A stretch of DNA of 64,000 bases from Setoptus koraiensis (Eukaryota; Animalia; Arthropoda). Below the pieces are notes generated by a model, which searched no databases, was not told the origin of the DNA, and saw only the letters and a list, made by a program, of their open reading frames with translations. The stretch is taken from assembly GCA_048013815.1 (NCBI GenBank), contig CM106585.1, forward strand, positions 5,084,001 to 5,148,000, given 5' to 3'. The position numbers and the translations under genes are program-made. Positions 39,201-51,863 of this stretch are shown one piece after another (the first letter of the stretch is position 1; every line of letters starts with the position of its first letter).

Positions 39201-41848
39201 TAACAAACTAATTTCGCTGAATAATAGATTCGCACACTGACGCATTGGCATTGGCATTGGCAATGGCATTGGCAATGGCATTGTAGTCCGAAATGATTCT
39301 TCCCACTACTAATAATATCACTACTGTTACTACTACTCTGTTTCTATGACCGACTAGGTGCCACTCGCTACTGTTTATAGTCTAAGCAAATGCACAGTGC
39401 TCAATGTAGGCAGGAATGCGAATACACTCAAAGAGTATCCATTAGACACAGGCCTGAGAGAGGGGGAGACAGAGAGCGAGAGACAAAGATATCCCACCAC
39501 CCACGCTGTGCAACATAAACCGAGGACCCAAGGACGTGAGACAACAGCATACCAACAACAAATATACCAGAGGACACAGTTGAGGCTCGAGGGCCATAGA
39601 GATTCAACTCTAATCGGATCGCTCAGAGTCGCGTCGAGTTGGCTCGGTCTAGATCCTATCCGATTCGATTCGATACAATTGAGACATACACTGAATCAAT
39701 CCGCAGCATTCACACATTAAGTACCCTGTTGTGGGCCCCTATCTTCAGCTGATGCCGGCCCCTTGTTATCGAATCAACTTACATATATACACATACATAT
39801 ACATACACATATACCAGCGGCGCATCGATCTGGCTGCATATAAATAGAGCTGTGGGCTTATTAACGACTTATCTAACTAATGAACAAACAATAGCTCATC
39901 TTCTCTGGCAATTGGCGCAAACATAATATGCAGCGGAAAAATCTACTACTACCACTACAAATAAGCGTCAGTCACATTGGGCCTGATATCGGCTCCTGTT
40001 GAGCAACATAGACATAGAGAAATATTTTGGCAGCGTCCCCCACTCGTTCCGATACGATTATATTACACCTCACAGTGCTGTATACGATAGTGATGATATG
40101 TGATCATCTGTTTAGGCCAGCACCACTACTAACTTGGTAGCACACTTTGTCGGCAGCAAGCTGCTTTTGTGTCGCGTTTGTAAATGCTGGCCACTGGTTG
40201 TTGTGACGACGGTTCGAATATGGAGTTGAGGACATTATATAACTAATAGGATACAACTAAAAGGATAAAACATTTTCTCTCTCGCTCTCTCTCTCTCTCA
40301 CTCAATGAAGCTGCGTCATTAGAGCGAGCGACTGGCTGTAGTTATTGTGAACGTTGGTCCAGTTATATAACCGATAGAGTTTCAAAGTGTGACAAGCACG
40401 CGTCACTGGTTCACTAAGATAGCCCATCGACACCCGACCAGCATCGAGCCAGTGCCATAGCGCACCACATTGGCGTCACACTGGACACAAGAGACAACCA
40501 CTGGCCACTAGAAGCAATCATTAATATATATACAACGGCAGCATAGTGCGCAACTTCCGATAAGTGATCTGTGAGTGGCAGTGAATAGACAAACAAATAT
40601 CCTTCTCTCTATCTCTCTCATGGTGTGCCCTAATCTAGATTGGTTTCGGGACTTGCTGGCAACAAACATACACACACCGTCTATGTGACAGGGGACAGTG
40701 AATATACATAAACAATAATATATACAGATTGGATTTATATTAGACTGGGCACGCACATACGCTAGATTCATATCGTGGTGGTGCGGCGTTTATCCTCGGA
40801 TATACGACGCGCGATATACGACGCGCGACATACGACGCGCGATATATCGACGCGGCGGGCACCTAGGTGCGTTTGCGCGCTCACAAACGCGCCCTCAAAT
40901 ATAGCACACACAATCTGTGGGCAATCATTAGGGGGCCCGGGATATATACATACATATATATATATATATATATTTACAGCGCATGTGCATTTGGCAAGAT
41001 TGATGGAATGGCAACGGCGCGCATTTCATCGTAAATTTATGTTTATGGTCATCATACTGGCGCTGTTAGTGGGCACTATTTGTTGAATCTTTCTTATTAT
41101 TCATTACATAACATACAACCGATGAAGACAGAGCTACTATTACAATCGACACGCGCACAAACACACAATCGCCAACACACCAAATACACGTTATACACGT
41201 GTGTATCATACATGTATACATGAACGATCGCCAAGACCACGACACCGACAACAACAACAACAGCAAGATCAACAGCAACAGCAACAACGACGATGACGAC
41301 GACACCGACAACAATACATGCGGTATTATGTGGCAGTGAACAGCAACAATGGCGACTGTGGTGATAAACAATCCCGATGCAATGTTATACAAGTTTTGAT
41401 ACCCTATCTTTGGCCACTTACACCGCTACTTCTAATGCTGTTAATATGATCGAATATATACAAACAAACAAATGATATTAGCCGAAGTTATCAGAGCATA
41501 ATAGCATTAATATAATGCATGTAATGTGTTGTTGCAATGGCGCAAAAGTTTCTAACTAAAAGCAATTTGATTTATATGTAGCCCGTGAACATACACACAC
41601 ACACATCTATTATACATCTATTGTACATCTATTGTATTACACACTTGGGCAATAGTAAGAAGAAGAAGAAGAGTTTTCTACTGTTTGGAGACACCGAGAT
41701 GCCGTCGCTGTTTTAAAAGTCGGCCATGTTGCGCAATAGCTAATGGTGCAGGCGGCGGCAAAATAGTAGTGAGATAAGATCAAATAAATACACGCGTAAC
41801 ATAACGAGCGAGTCAATCTGACGAATCTCTTTCCATCAATCCATCAAC

Positions 41849-44800
41849 ATGGACAATGTCAGCAAGCTAGATGCTGAAAATTTTGAGAATAATAATCTGA
41901 CGGCCAGCGGCAGGACCAGTGCGGCCGAACAGCAGCAGCAGCGTGCAATATCGCCCCTGTCTGCGGCTAGCCAACAACAAAGGCTCGCCAGTGATACGAC
42001 TACAATAGCGCCAGCGCCAGCAACAACCGCAACCGCAACCACGACGACGACGACGACGACGACGACAAGACAACACCAAAATCAAAAGAACGCAACACAA
42101 ACAGCAACGTCAAAAGACAGAATGCAGGTGAGAAAATCGCGCGTCAGAATTAATTCTACCAGCGAACAGATAACTGATCCCCTATGGTTGAAGGCCGCCA
42201 GCGCTGCCTACAAGCAAAGCCTTAAAGCCTCCTCCTCATCAAAAGAATCCAAGAAATTCACCTATCAGGAGTTCGTCGCGTCTACCTCGAACAGTCTAGA
42301 GCAGCAACAGCAAAAGATTCCCGTGTCCATTTTAAAACAAAAAGCGGATCAGACCGGCTCGACCAGCAACAATCACCTAAAAAAGGATCACCATCAGCAG
42401 CAGCAGCAGCAACGTCTCAGCCAGCAGCAGCAACAACAACAACAAAATCAAAATCAGCAGACCGGCTCCAGCGGCGGCTCCACGCCGCCACCCGGCCACA
42501 ACACAAAGCCCATTGCCATTAATAAGCCCGTTCCAATATGTGCCGACGGACAAGTTAAAGTTTCCGGTTGGAAACGAAACAATTTGTTGGCAAAGACTCT
42601 AAGCCATTTCGACGAGATTAGAGGCAACCAAAAGCCAATATTTGTGCCTACGAGAATCAAGGTGCCCCCGATGGCTCAACAGCAGCTCCAGATCAACAAA
42701 GAACAGCAGCTCCAATTCAACAAAGAACAGCAACAGCATTACCAGAAGAACAACAACAAGAACAACAGCAACAACAACAGCACCAATTCGACAGCAATCA
42801 ACAGCATCAATAATACTGCAACAACAACAGACAGCACAAGCGCCAACACAAACAAGAGGCACAGTTTGAATTCCAGCAAGGCCACCTTTGCCGACATTGT
42901 GTCAGCTGTCTTGAGCAGCAACAAACAAGGGGCCCCAAGGTCAGCAGGCACCGGCGGCAGTAATAACCAGAATAATAATAATGGTAATAACAATAACGGG
43001 GGCATGCTGCATGATCAGCATCATCGGGCACAATCAGAGCAGGTGACTTGCACGTTGTCGTCGCCATCACTAGACAACAGAAGGGAATCGGACAGATCTG
43101 TGCGATTGTCAAGAAAGAATTCCAGCGGCAACAACAGTGACGCCTCGTCGCCCTCTAATCATCCGTCAATCAGCGCAAATCATTTCGACGCGACCAACAA
43201 TCTGACCGGCAGTCCGACGCCCATATCGCCCTCGTCGCGCCAGTACAAATTTCAGCAGATCAACAATCTATTTAGTCAGCACAACAACAATAATAATAAT
43301 CATCATCTTCTTCATGGGACCCCATCGCTAATTAATCGTCGCAATTCGTCCAATGCCGACGATCAGGCCAACGCTGGCGACCGTCGTCGATCGGCCAGCG
43401 GCGGTGATGCTGACAATGTGAGAGAGGCCCACAATCGCCAGCAACACAGTCCGTCGCCGTCGTCATTTAGCAACGGCGCCGCGCACGACGACAGGCTCAA
43501 GGTGAACAGGCGCTCCAAAGAGTGGCGAAGAATAACGGGCAAATTGGCCCTGTTGACCACACTGAGATTGCACAACAAATTTGATCAGAATAATCCGTCA
43601 AATGTTCATAATCACAATTTTACATTGAAAATAAATGACGGCAGAGAAAAAAGTTGTTCTAGAACGCACCAGCAGCAACAAGCCAACACGTTCGGCTCAT
43701 TGGGCACGAGCATCATTGACAACGGCAACATATATGGCAATAGTGGCAATAGTGATACAAGCAACAAAACCAATTCGGCTAATAACACTGGTCAGTCGCT
43801 ATATAGGCGACATAGCGGAAATGGTTCGACGCAGCGCGCCTACGATGACCGCAACACAAATAGAGGGCGCTCTGTTTTGGATCACTTGAAATTGTTGGAT
43901 CATTCGGATTCCATTACATCGACCGTTAGTGCCCAAACGTGTAGCATGTCGCTTATGGCCGGCGACTCGGCCACCGTTCGTCGCTCCTCGGACTCTGGCT
44001 CTTATCACGGGGCCAAAGATAGCGGCGGCAATAATCGGGCCAACAATAGCAGTAACGTATCACAACAGCAGCGGCGTATTAGTCGTGATAGCAGCAACAG
44101 CAGCAGCGCCAGTGCAGTTGTCATCAATAATGACAATTCATGTCCAGATGATAATAATCAGAATAATACCCTCGGCAAGCTGCAGCAGCCAATTCCTATT
44201 AGAGCGCAACCACCGGTTATTGTGGGCAAAAAGGACCTCCTTCAATTGCTACAATATACCCACTCCTCGTCCGTATCATGTTCCGAATCGCCCCAGCAGC
44301 AGCAGCACCACCACCAACAACAACAAAAACAACAACACCAACAACTCCAGCAGCAACCACAACAACAACTCCAGCAGCAAGACCCGGGCAACGCCGACAA
44401 TAATGGCGGCCCTGACCAACAACAACAGCAACACCAGCATTCCCTTTCAGCGCAAACCTGTGAAAATGATTGTGGCGCGAAAAAGTGCGCCACTAGCGCC
44501 GACATGACATCATCAGCAGCGCCAGCGTCGCCCATCTTCGACACAATGGCCAACGAGGCGGTTGTCTTGGCGACCAGCGACATGTTTGATAGATCTGTCA
44601 ACTCAGATAAAATCCTTTCCAACGACAACACTGATGTTGCCTGTGATACGGCGGCGCTGGCGGCGCCCCAAGAGGCGACGGGCACCGCAAACAACAGTGG
44701 TCTGCTTGATTTTTCATTGACATCGCTGATTAAATTATCATCGTCCACCAACAATGCCACCAACAACAGAATAACAACATTGGCGGACGCTCAACAATCA

Positions 44801-45364
44801 GGCCACCAATTGACACCCAAAAAGAGCAAGGTGTCTTTTTTTCAGCAGAAACTACGCAAAATTGGCTGGTCCAACAAACAATCAGCGTCGCTTTCTATCA
44901 CCACAACCACGTCCACTGATTCAACCTCATCAACCCCAAACACGTCATCAGATGTCAACAAAAATATGTCGGTCGACATGCCCAACATTACCGACGACCA
45001 CTGCCGATCCTCGGGCGCGCACCACATGAAGCAAACAATGCCAAGAACAAATAGTGATGACATTGACGTATACGATCCAAATCTATTGGGTGATGCCATT
45101 GAGATATTCCTTAGAAATTCCATGTTCACCGATGACAGAATTGAAAAACAAGTTGAATCATCACTTGATCACGTGGATATGATGCCTACCACCGAGTCCC
45201 GCAAGGCAATCGACCCGTCAAACATCGATGCTGGCATCAGGGATTTGGCGTTATCGGAAACAAGCCGAGCCGATAGCAATAACAATCGTTTAGGGTCTCA
45301 ACAACAAACTAGTAGTAAGAATGTTATCAGCAATAATAGTGAAAAACATGTTTCCTTCTGTTAG
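41849..45364 (+). CDS. Large Q/N/S/T-rich intrinsically disordered protein of unknown family (1171 aa); possible extra 5' exon at 41220-41322
   Basis: 3.5-kb uninterrupted ORF with in-frame CAG/CAA/AAC repeats and short non-repetitive islands. A candidate upstream exon (MNDRQDHD...NTC, phase-1 GT at 41323) fits an AG at 41869-41870 in phase 1 (inference). Confidence 0.8.
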   Translation: MDNVSKLDAENFENNNLTASGRTSAAEQQQQRAISPLSAASQQQRLASDTTTIAPAPATTATATTTTTTTTTTRQHQNQKNATQTATSKDRMQVRKSRVRINSTSEQITDPLWLKAASAAYKQSLKASSSSKESKKFTYQEFVASTSNSLEQQQQKIPVSILKQKADQTGSTSNNHLKKDHHQQQQQQRLSQQQQQQQQNQNQQTGSSGGSTPPPGHNTKPIAINKPVPICADGQVKVSGWKRNNLLAKTLSHFDEIRGNQKPIFVPTRIKVPPMAQQQLQINKEQQLQFNKEQQQHYQKNNNKNNSNNNSTNSTAINSINNTATTTDSTSANTNKRHSLNSSKATFADIVSAVLSSNKQGAPRSAGTGGSNNQNNNNGNNNNGGMLHDQHHRAQSEQVTCTLSSPSLDNRRESDRSVRLSRKNSSGNNSDASSPSNHPSISANHFDATNNLTGSPTPISPSSRQYKFQQINNLFSQHNNNNNNHHLLHGTPSLINRRNSSNADDQANAGDRRRSASGGDADNVREAHNRQQHSPSPSSFSNGAAHDDRLKVNRRSKEWRRITGKLALLTTLRLHNKFDQNNPSNVHNHNFTLKINDGREKSCSRTHQQQQANTFGSLGTSIIDNGNIYGNSGNSDTSNKTNSANNTGQSLYRRHSGNGSTQRAYDDRNTNRGRSVLDHLKLLDHSDSITSTVSAQTCSMSLMAGDSATVRRSSDSGSYHGAKDSGGNNRANNSSNVSQQQRRISRDSSNSSSASAVVINNDNSCPDDNNQNNTLGKLQQPIPIRAQPPVIVGKKDLLQLLQYTHSSSVSCSESPQQQQHHHQQQQKQQHQQLQQQPQQQLQQQDPGNADNNGGPDQQQQQHQHSLSAQTCENDCGAKKCATSADMTSSAAPASPIFDTMANEAVVLATSDMFDRSVNSDKILSNDNTDVACDTAALAAPQEATGTANNSGLLDFSLTSLIKLSSSTNNATNNRITTLADAQQSGHQLTPKKSKVSFFQQKLRKIGWSNKQSASLSITTTTSTDSTSSTPNTSSDVNKNMSVDMPNITDDHCRSSGAHHMKQTMPRTNSDDIDVYDPNLLGDAIEIFLRNSMFTDDRIEKQVESSLDHVDMMPTTESRKAIDPSNIDAGIRDLALSETSRADSNNNRLGSQQQTSSKNVISNNSEKHVSFC

Positions 45365-47762
45365 AAACAATCCTTAATACACACCTTTAGCACAACCAAC
45401 ATAAATGTAAATGTTGTGCAAAATTGTTGCCAAATTGTAGCCACATTACACAAGATATAAAGTTGCATACAATAATAATTAATCACAGTTAGAGTGGATA
45501 AAACCAACGCTGATGATCAATCAATCAATTTCCGCTTCTACAAATGTATACCATTTTCGATTTAAACCATGATCAAAATGGGCATATTTTGATGATTCTT
45601 ATTTCTTCGTGCCTTCATTGAAATAGTTGTTCTAATTCATAATTTCCGGATTCACAAGTGGTTTCCATTAGCGGTAAAAACCATTTAGACCAACATTGAT
45701 TTAAATTAAGGTTTAAACCATCTTGAATAATTCGAGTGACAATGTGCATTGGCAAGGTTGCACTGTGGGTATCATCGTCATACTCGACTAGGATCGCAAG
45801 TCACAATTTTGCGTGCATTTCTATGCCAAATGATTTTAATCTTGTCCTAAATGGTTCTGATTAAGGTCTGTTTGTGACTTGGTTTCAATCAGACGACTTA
45901 AAAGTCATTTCGTCTAATATCGACTATTCAAGCCATAATTCAAATCAAAAAGCAAATAAATAAAATGATCTAATCATTTCGTCCATATAGAAGCCGATGG
46001 TTTAAACTTTTCGGAATGAACTACGATAACGTCTACGACGATAGAAACATAAGGAGCCCCTCTCTAGTCACAGAGTAGTATTTAAGGAGGGCATTTTTCG
46101 TCACCTTGCCAACATGTTTTCGTTTATTCCATGCTTGTCTCACATGGAGCGTGCCCACAAGCCAAAACTCGACGATAACGCTTGGCGGAAGCGAGGCAGG
46201 GATGCCCAATTAGGGTCGGTTAGGTTCCACGGTGAGGTTAATATCAGTGTAATGGGTGGCATGAATCGAGAGGTTGTTACGTGACAGATAATGGTCCTAT
46301 TTTACCACAGCTGACCCCCACCCTATGTCATGTCGCTCATGTATGTTTGGTTATGCAATAAACATGGTTACGTAACTATTGTGTTGCTAACTACAACAAG
46401 CCGCCATCCATTATGATGATAGGTTTTATGTCGTCTGGCGAGGCCGCTGTTGTGAGACATGACTAGTGTGCACTTTCACGCTCTCCTTTCTTCGCCGTGT
46501 GGACGAACGAGAGGAAACAAAACAACGAAACGAAATGACGGAAGCTCTAAGCTAAGAAAACAAACTTGTCTCCCACAAACAATTGACTAGTAATTTGGTA
46601 AATAAAGAGTTGAACTGTGAGAACTGACGGCCGCTCTCAAATGAATTGCTATTATCCGAGCATTGCATTGTTTACACATGGAATTGTTGATCTACAGCTT
46701 GTAAGTGTATTCCAAGTTGCGATATTATTGCCTTTAAGCACCTAGTCTTGTTGTCTCACCAGCAGTGTAAACGCGCCTTCTGTTGTCATATCGCTATACC
46801 CACAGAGACAATTAATTAATACAAATGAAGTGTCTTTAGCGATTTCGGCAGAAACCGTTATTCTGACAATTCATTTAGGCGTGCAATTGGGGGGTTGTGT
46901 GAAGCTTTCATTGGATAGGACCAATTCGACGCGCAACATGGCAAGTGTCGTATGCATGAAAGCCATGGACATTATTAGCGACCGAAACTGGATTAACATA
47001 AGTATAAGTCATAGTAGGACCTCTCAAATGAATGAAATGGTTGTGCTGCAACCGTTTTTGTTGTTGTTGCCATTCCTCTCGTCGAGCGGTAGCCTTCGAA
47101 CATGGCGATATGAAAGAATAAAATGTCACTCATTGGGGCCACTTTGTTTTTTCGTTTTGGGCCCTCATTTGTATGCGTTGTCATTGTCTGACCATTGAAG
47201 GGGCCGCTGAAAATGCTACACAACCAGTGATACGTGATACTGTAGTTGGATTAAACTAGGCGCCCCATATTTTCTTTTTTCTCTTTAGTTTTTTTCTCCT
47301 CTATGGCCGTGTCTGTTGTTGGCTCTCGATTGACCCTCAGTTCGCGAGCTAAATACGTTACAGAGCGACTCCGTGTATCTATACATTTTTTGTTCGACGT
47401 TTTATTGGTATGGTCAGACTCGAACGAGAGACCATGAGAGAGACCATGAGAGAGATATATGAGAGAGATATATGAGAGAGATATATGAGAGACAAGGGGA
47501 GAACAAGTATATTTGGGGCGCACAATTCCCATGATGGTGCTATATGGCCGTGCAGTTGGAAGTAAATTGGTTTCGTGGTCGGCATTAATGGAATTTTGAA
47601 AGAGGCAGAGAAAGTGGACGATTCTCTAAAGCCTAGGCGCGCATTGTTGCTAACAAGCCAGCTTCTCGCAACGTTATGTCTCTAAGTCGCGGTTGTGAAT
47701 TATGGCACGTAGCAACAACCGGCCAGCTACCACTCTTACCCAGAGTACTCGAGTTATCCAAA

Positions 47763-47786
47763 AGAGAGAGAGAGAGAGAGAGAGAG
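47763..47786. repeat. (GA)n microsatellite
   Basis: Read directly. Confidence 0.9.
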
Positions 47787-49061
47787 CCTTCTCTAGATCA
47801 AGTGCTTTCATTGCTGGGATCGACGAGAGAATTTTGTCTGATTGTTTCGGTGCTAATCGACCAGAGAACGAGGTAGGCAGGGAAGTCGATAGGAATCAGC
47901 AAACTAGGTTACAGTCTATTCACCATCAAGGCGCGCATCAAAATTTGTTCAAAGTCACACTATGATCATTATGAGCTAATGATCTCTAAAACTACCAACT
48001 CAAATCAATCTGAAGACGCTGATAGTGAGTACAAAAGTTATCGTTCCGTAATGACGCACCGCCACACGTCCTCCGCTAATGATCCGGTAGTGAAAAAAAA
48101 ATATCCATCTTCAGGTAACAAGCAATTTCGTTCGTGCAACCAATATCCTAACTGCATTGACAGGTGAATTATCTGTGATGCGTCAAATTAGATGATGAAA
48201 TGATGGCCTGTTTCATCCGATCAGCCCGGCTGTTCGCTTGAAGCAAGAAATGTTTCGTACCATTCAAATTGTTGCCAATCGTTAATCAATTGCGATTTTC
48301 TGCGTTTTTCTTACTATTTTTGAATCAGTTTTGCTATCACTTAGCTAGTTGCTATGAGATTTAATTACTAGTGCTTATGTATTGTCTAACTAATCCTCTC
48401 TCATATAATTCATATCTATTCGTCAAGCTGACTGAGTAATGATGGCGATACTAATAGAAATACATGTATATCTAGTGAGTCGATCATTGTCGTCATCAGA
48501 GGGGACTAACCAATATACAGTTCTCATGCTATGCAACCGTAAACAATGAATGACGTAATGCTGGAGATAGAAAGTGGATCATCGCTTGAAAACTAACTGA
48601 TTAGAATAGCTTACCACACATTTTATTAGTGAATTTTTTTTTTCACAAAGTGTCACAAATTATCATGGCGAAAATATATTAGTTATATCACCTATTTATC
48701 CTTAATGAGGTGCAAACGAACTGATGTTTTGAGGTAGTACAATTAATATAAATGAAGAGGAAAGGTGAGTATTACTGGCTTTTATTGCAAAACAAGAAGA
48801 CGCATCTCTTGGAGGAACATGCATAATAAAATGATCAATTAATGCCTAATGTATAGTATAGACAGATTTGAGGCGTAAAAGTTGATGATCTAATTATGTC
48901 TTTTTTATCTCTTGAATCATGACTTTGTTGTGAGATAAGCCCAATGAATTTAGACACAACTGTTGTGGTGTGTGGTTGGATCTTCAATATATCTAGTAAG
49001 ACTATTTTTATTATTCACCAGTATACTAGTATCATTTGATGATTGATTTGAAATTTGAAAC

Positions 49062-50168
49062 CTACAGAGCAGAAGAATCAAGGGTCCAAATGACTAACTT
49101 TCCATCTAGACCAACAGTGGCTAATCTTCCCTGAGAAATTGTCCTCACTTCTGTGATAGTATTCTGGTGTATTGTAGAAGTTGGATTCTGATAATCACCT
49201 CCATTATGTGCATCTATTGCTTTAGCGTCCATATCGCGAAATTTTCGCATAGCGCCTATACCGTCAGCTTCTCTTTTTTGTGTACTGTCTAATTTACCTT
49301 TAAATTTCAAACTTTGTATTGCATCGTAGGCAAATAACATGGGACAACAATCATGGCCGGCTGCTACTATTCTATTAGGAGATATCCAAAGTAGGCTTAA
49401 AAGAGGTAAATATCTAGTTTTCAATGTAATTACAGTTAGTCCTCTATTTGAATCTACCACAGATAAACTACTATCATGTGATAGCCATGCTAATATAGAA
49501 CCATCGGGAGAAAATGCAACATCATGTACCCAGGCACTAGAGCTTGAGAATTCGCCCACCATGACATTAGTTGTAATATCGTTATCATGGATCCAAGTAG
49601 ATGATTTTAAATACTGTTGATCTAGTTGTCTATCAACCTCCTTGATATGGGTGGAGAATATCCTAGCTCTGTAATCGGTGGAACCGCATGCTAATAGTAT
49701 ATTGTCTGGATGCCAATCTAGGCTAGTCACTGTGGATTTGATTGGCTTTTTAATATGTTTGCTAACCCACCAATCGTTGGCACTTTCAAAGTAACAAATG
49801 CAAACTAATTTGGCCGCTGTGGCTACAGCAAACTTCTCTTCATTTGGTGACCATTTAACGCACGTAGCCGCCCTATTTATTCTTAATAAAACAAGAGTTG
49901 GTTTCCATTGATTATCATGCAATGTCCAAACGTATGCGTTTCTATCTGCGGAACAAGTGACAATTCTATTTGTTTTGGCTGCCCAATCTATGCCAGTAAC
50001 TCTAAGATCGTGCTGATCTAGAATAGTTTCTTCTACCCATTTTGATGGGGGCGCTTGACGATAAATATGGACGAGATTGTTGTTGGGTGAAAGTGCTAAC
50101 CTGTCCATTGAACCAGAATAGGCATGACACGATATAGGATCTATACAAATTTGATTGATCTCAGCCAT
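49062..50168 (-). CDS. ARPC1A: Arp2/3 complex subunit 1 (ARPC1A/Sop2, WD40), intron-less
   Basis: HDLRVTGIDWAAKTNRIVTCSADRNAYVW, WKPTLVLLRINRAAT, YFESANDWWVSKHIKKPIKST, STIHQNTI: canonical ARPC1 motifs. Confidence 0.97.
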   Translation of the reverse strand: MAEINQICIDPISCHAYSGSMDRLALSPNNNLVHIYRQAPPSKWVEETILDQHDLRVTGIDWAAKTNRIVTCSADRNAYVWTLHDNQWKPTLVLLRINRAATCVKWSPNEEKFAVATAAKLVCICYFESANDWWVSKHIKKPIKSTVTSLDWHPDNILLACGSTDYRARIFSTHIKEVDRQLDQQYLKSSTWIHDNDITTNVMVGEFSSSSAWVHDVAFSPDGSILAWLSHDSSLSVVDSNRGLTVITLKTRYLPLLSLLWISPNRIVAAGHDCCPMLFAYDAIQSLKFKGKLDSTQKREADGIGAMRKFRDMDAKAIDAHNGGDYQNPTSTIHQNTITEVRTISQGRLATVGLDGKLVIWTLDSSAL

Positions 50169-51863
50169 TGTATAATAATTGGCTGGTAATGGTGGTGGTG
50201 GCGGTTATGGAGGTGGTGGTAATGGTAGTGGAGATAATAACAAACAGACAAGTTGATTGATGTTAGCTAATTTCGTTGTGGTTGTAACTATTGTTGTTGT
50301 TGATCACTTGCCGTTACAAATATAAAGTAATGAAAAAAATTATAAATAAATAAATACATGTATAGGAATAGGAATAATAGATATATATTTTGACCTGGCT
50401 CAATAAGTAAGAATGTGCGGTTTGTGCGCGGCTCACAGATAATCTGTCAATTGAAAAGTTAAGAAATTCTGCATGCGTGCTGCGCAATCATTTTAGAGGC
50501 GCACAGTGTGATTTGGCAAATATTCACCAGTAGACTATCTATATCTGTATATACATTTATTTATACATACATATCTATTCATGAATCTCGGCCGCATGCG
50601 GATCCAATGAGAATTTTTAAAGAACTAAAATATTTGAATTTGGCGCAAGCACAGGACAGGCGTTTTTATTTGATGGAATGGAACAATCAAGTCATGTGTA
50701 TGGTCATGGTACATGTGTATCGTGTGACGTTAATCCAAAACGTCTGAGCCTATCTGTGAAAAAGTCCACGAGAGGCGCTCGCATCGCTGTTGAAATGTAC
50801 GGCGAAATGCGCGCTGTCTATTGATGGATTCAGTTTGACGTGTTGATGCCGGGTTTGCTGTACCGATGCATGTCATCTTCCCATCAACACTGGCTATTCC
50901 AAGAAAGCAATGGAGCGCCGCCCTCGCGGATTTCTCCCAAAAACCGGTGAAGACGCATTGGAAAAACCTCACACCGTACATGTATTTTTGTTCACACACG
51001 GCGTCGCGCCGCGCCGCACCGCACTGTGTGCACTCCTTCAGATGAACCCCTACCAGGTTCTTAAAAAATCCGACAGGGCGACGCTGTTCGGCTTTCCGTA
51101 GGAGGTGTAAGCAGTCGATTATGCAAGTACAATATTCTGCTGCACAAGGCATGTAAGCAAGGCGCCCCATTGCACCGAACGCACATCGGTTCTAGAGCAC
51201 GCTGAAGGAAGCATTCAAAAAAAAGAAAATATTTGATGAAACAGTCTAGCCTCGGTTGTGTATTCTTGGGCGATGCGGGCGCCTCTGGCGGATTCTTTTC
51301 GAAGCCGGTGTGAGTTCATTGGAATATCCGCACATATCGGCTCCAATATACGAGGTATCTGCTTTGTGTGTGTGTGTGTGCGTGTGTGTGTGTGTGTGTG
51401 TGTTTGCCTGCGGTACAAGGTGTAGCAATCAACTAGTCCGGCAGAGCATTTTTCTGCGCCAAAACTGCATTGTGGAGGCCTGGCTAGCATCGGCAATGCA
51501 AACGGACCCGGTCGATTGTGACACCCCGTATATGTGCATGCACTAGTGTAGTGCTAGCGCTATCTATACAATCTGTACTGCCGTTCTGTGTGCGGCATGT
51601 ACATCTGCAAATGTTAAAATGAATTGTTCATTCCACAGCAAGCACAGACTGTACCTTTTCAACGCACATACCACTGTTGTGCCCGCTCAAACATCTACTG
51701 GTTTTGAGCGGTCGATGCGAATTAGTTGACTTCTGTGCGCGTTGCATTTTTGTTTTTGCACACCATGTCTAAGATTGCAATCACTCTATTTATATAAATG
51801 CTATAAAACAAATGGCAAGCTGACGGAAGAGAATCAAACTACGATCTAAAAAAACAACAAATT

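Noticed and set aside
11504-40217. tRNA T-loop-like GGTTCGA at 11504 and 40211
   Set aside because: No cloverleaf or A-box around either site.
45550-46010. Recurring AAACCAT/ATGGTTT motif in both orientations
   Set aside because: Short AT-rich matches with no terminal structure; plausible by chance or an unidentifiable decayed MITE.
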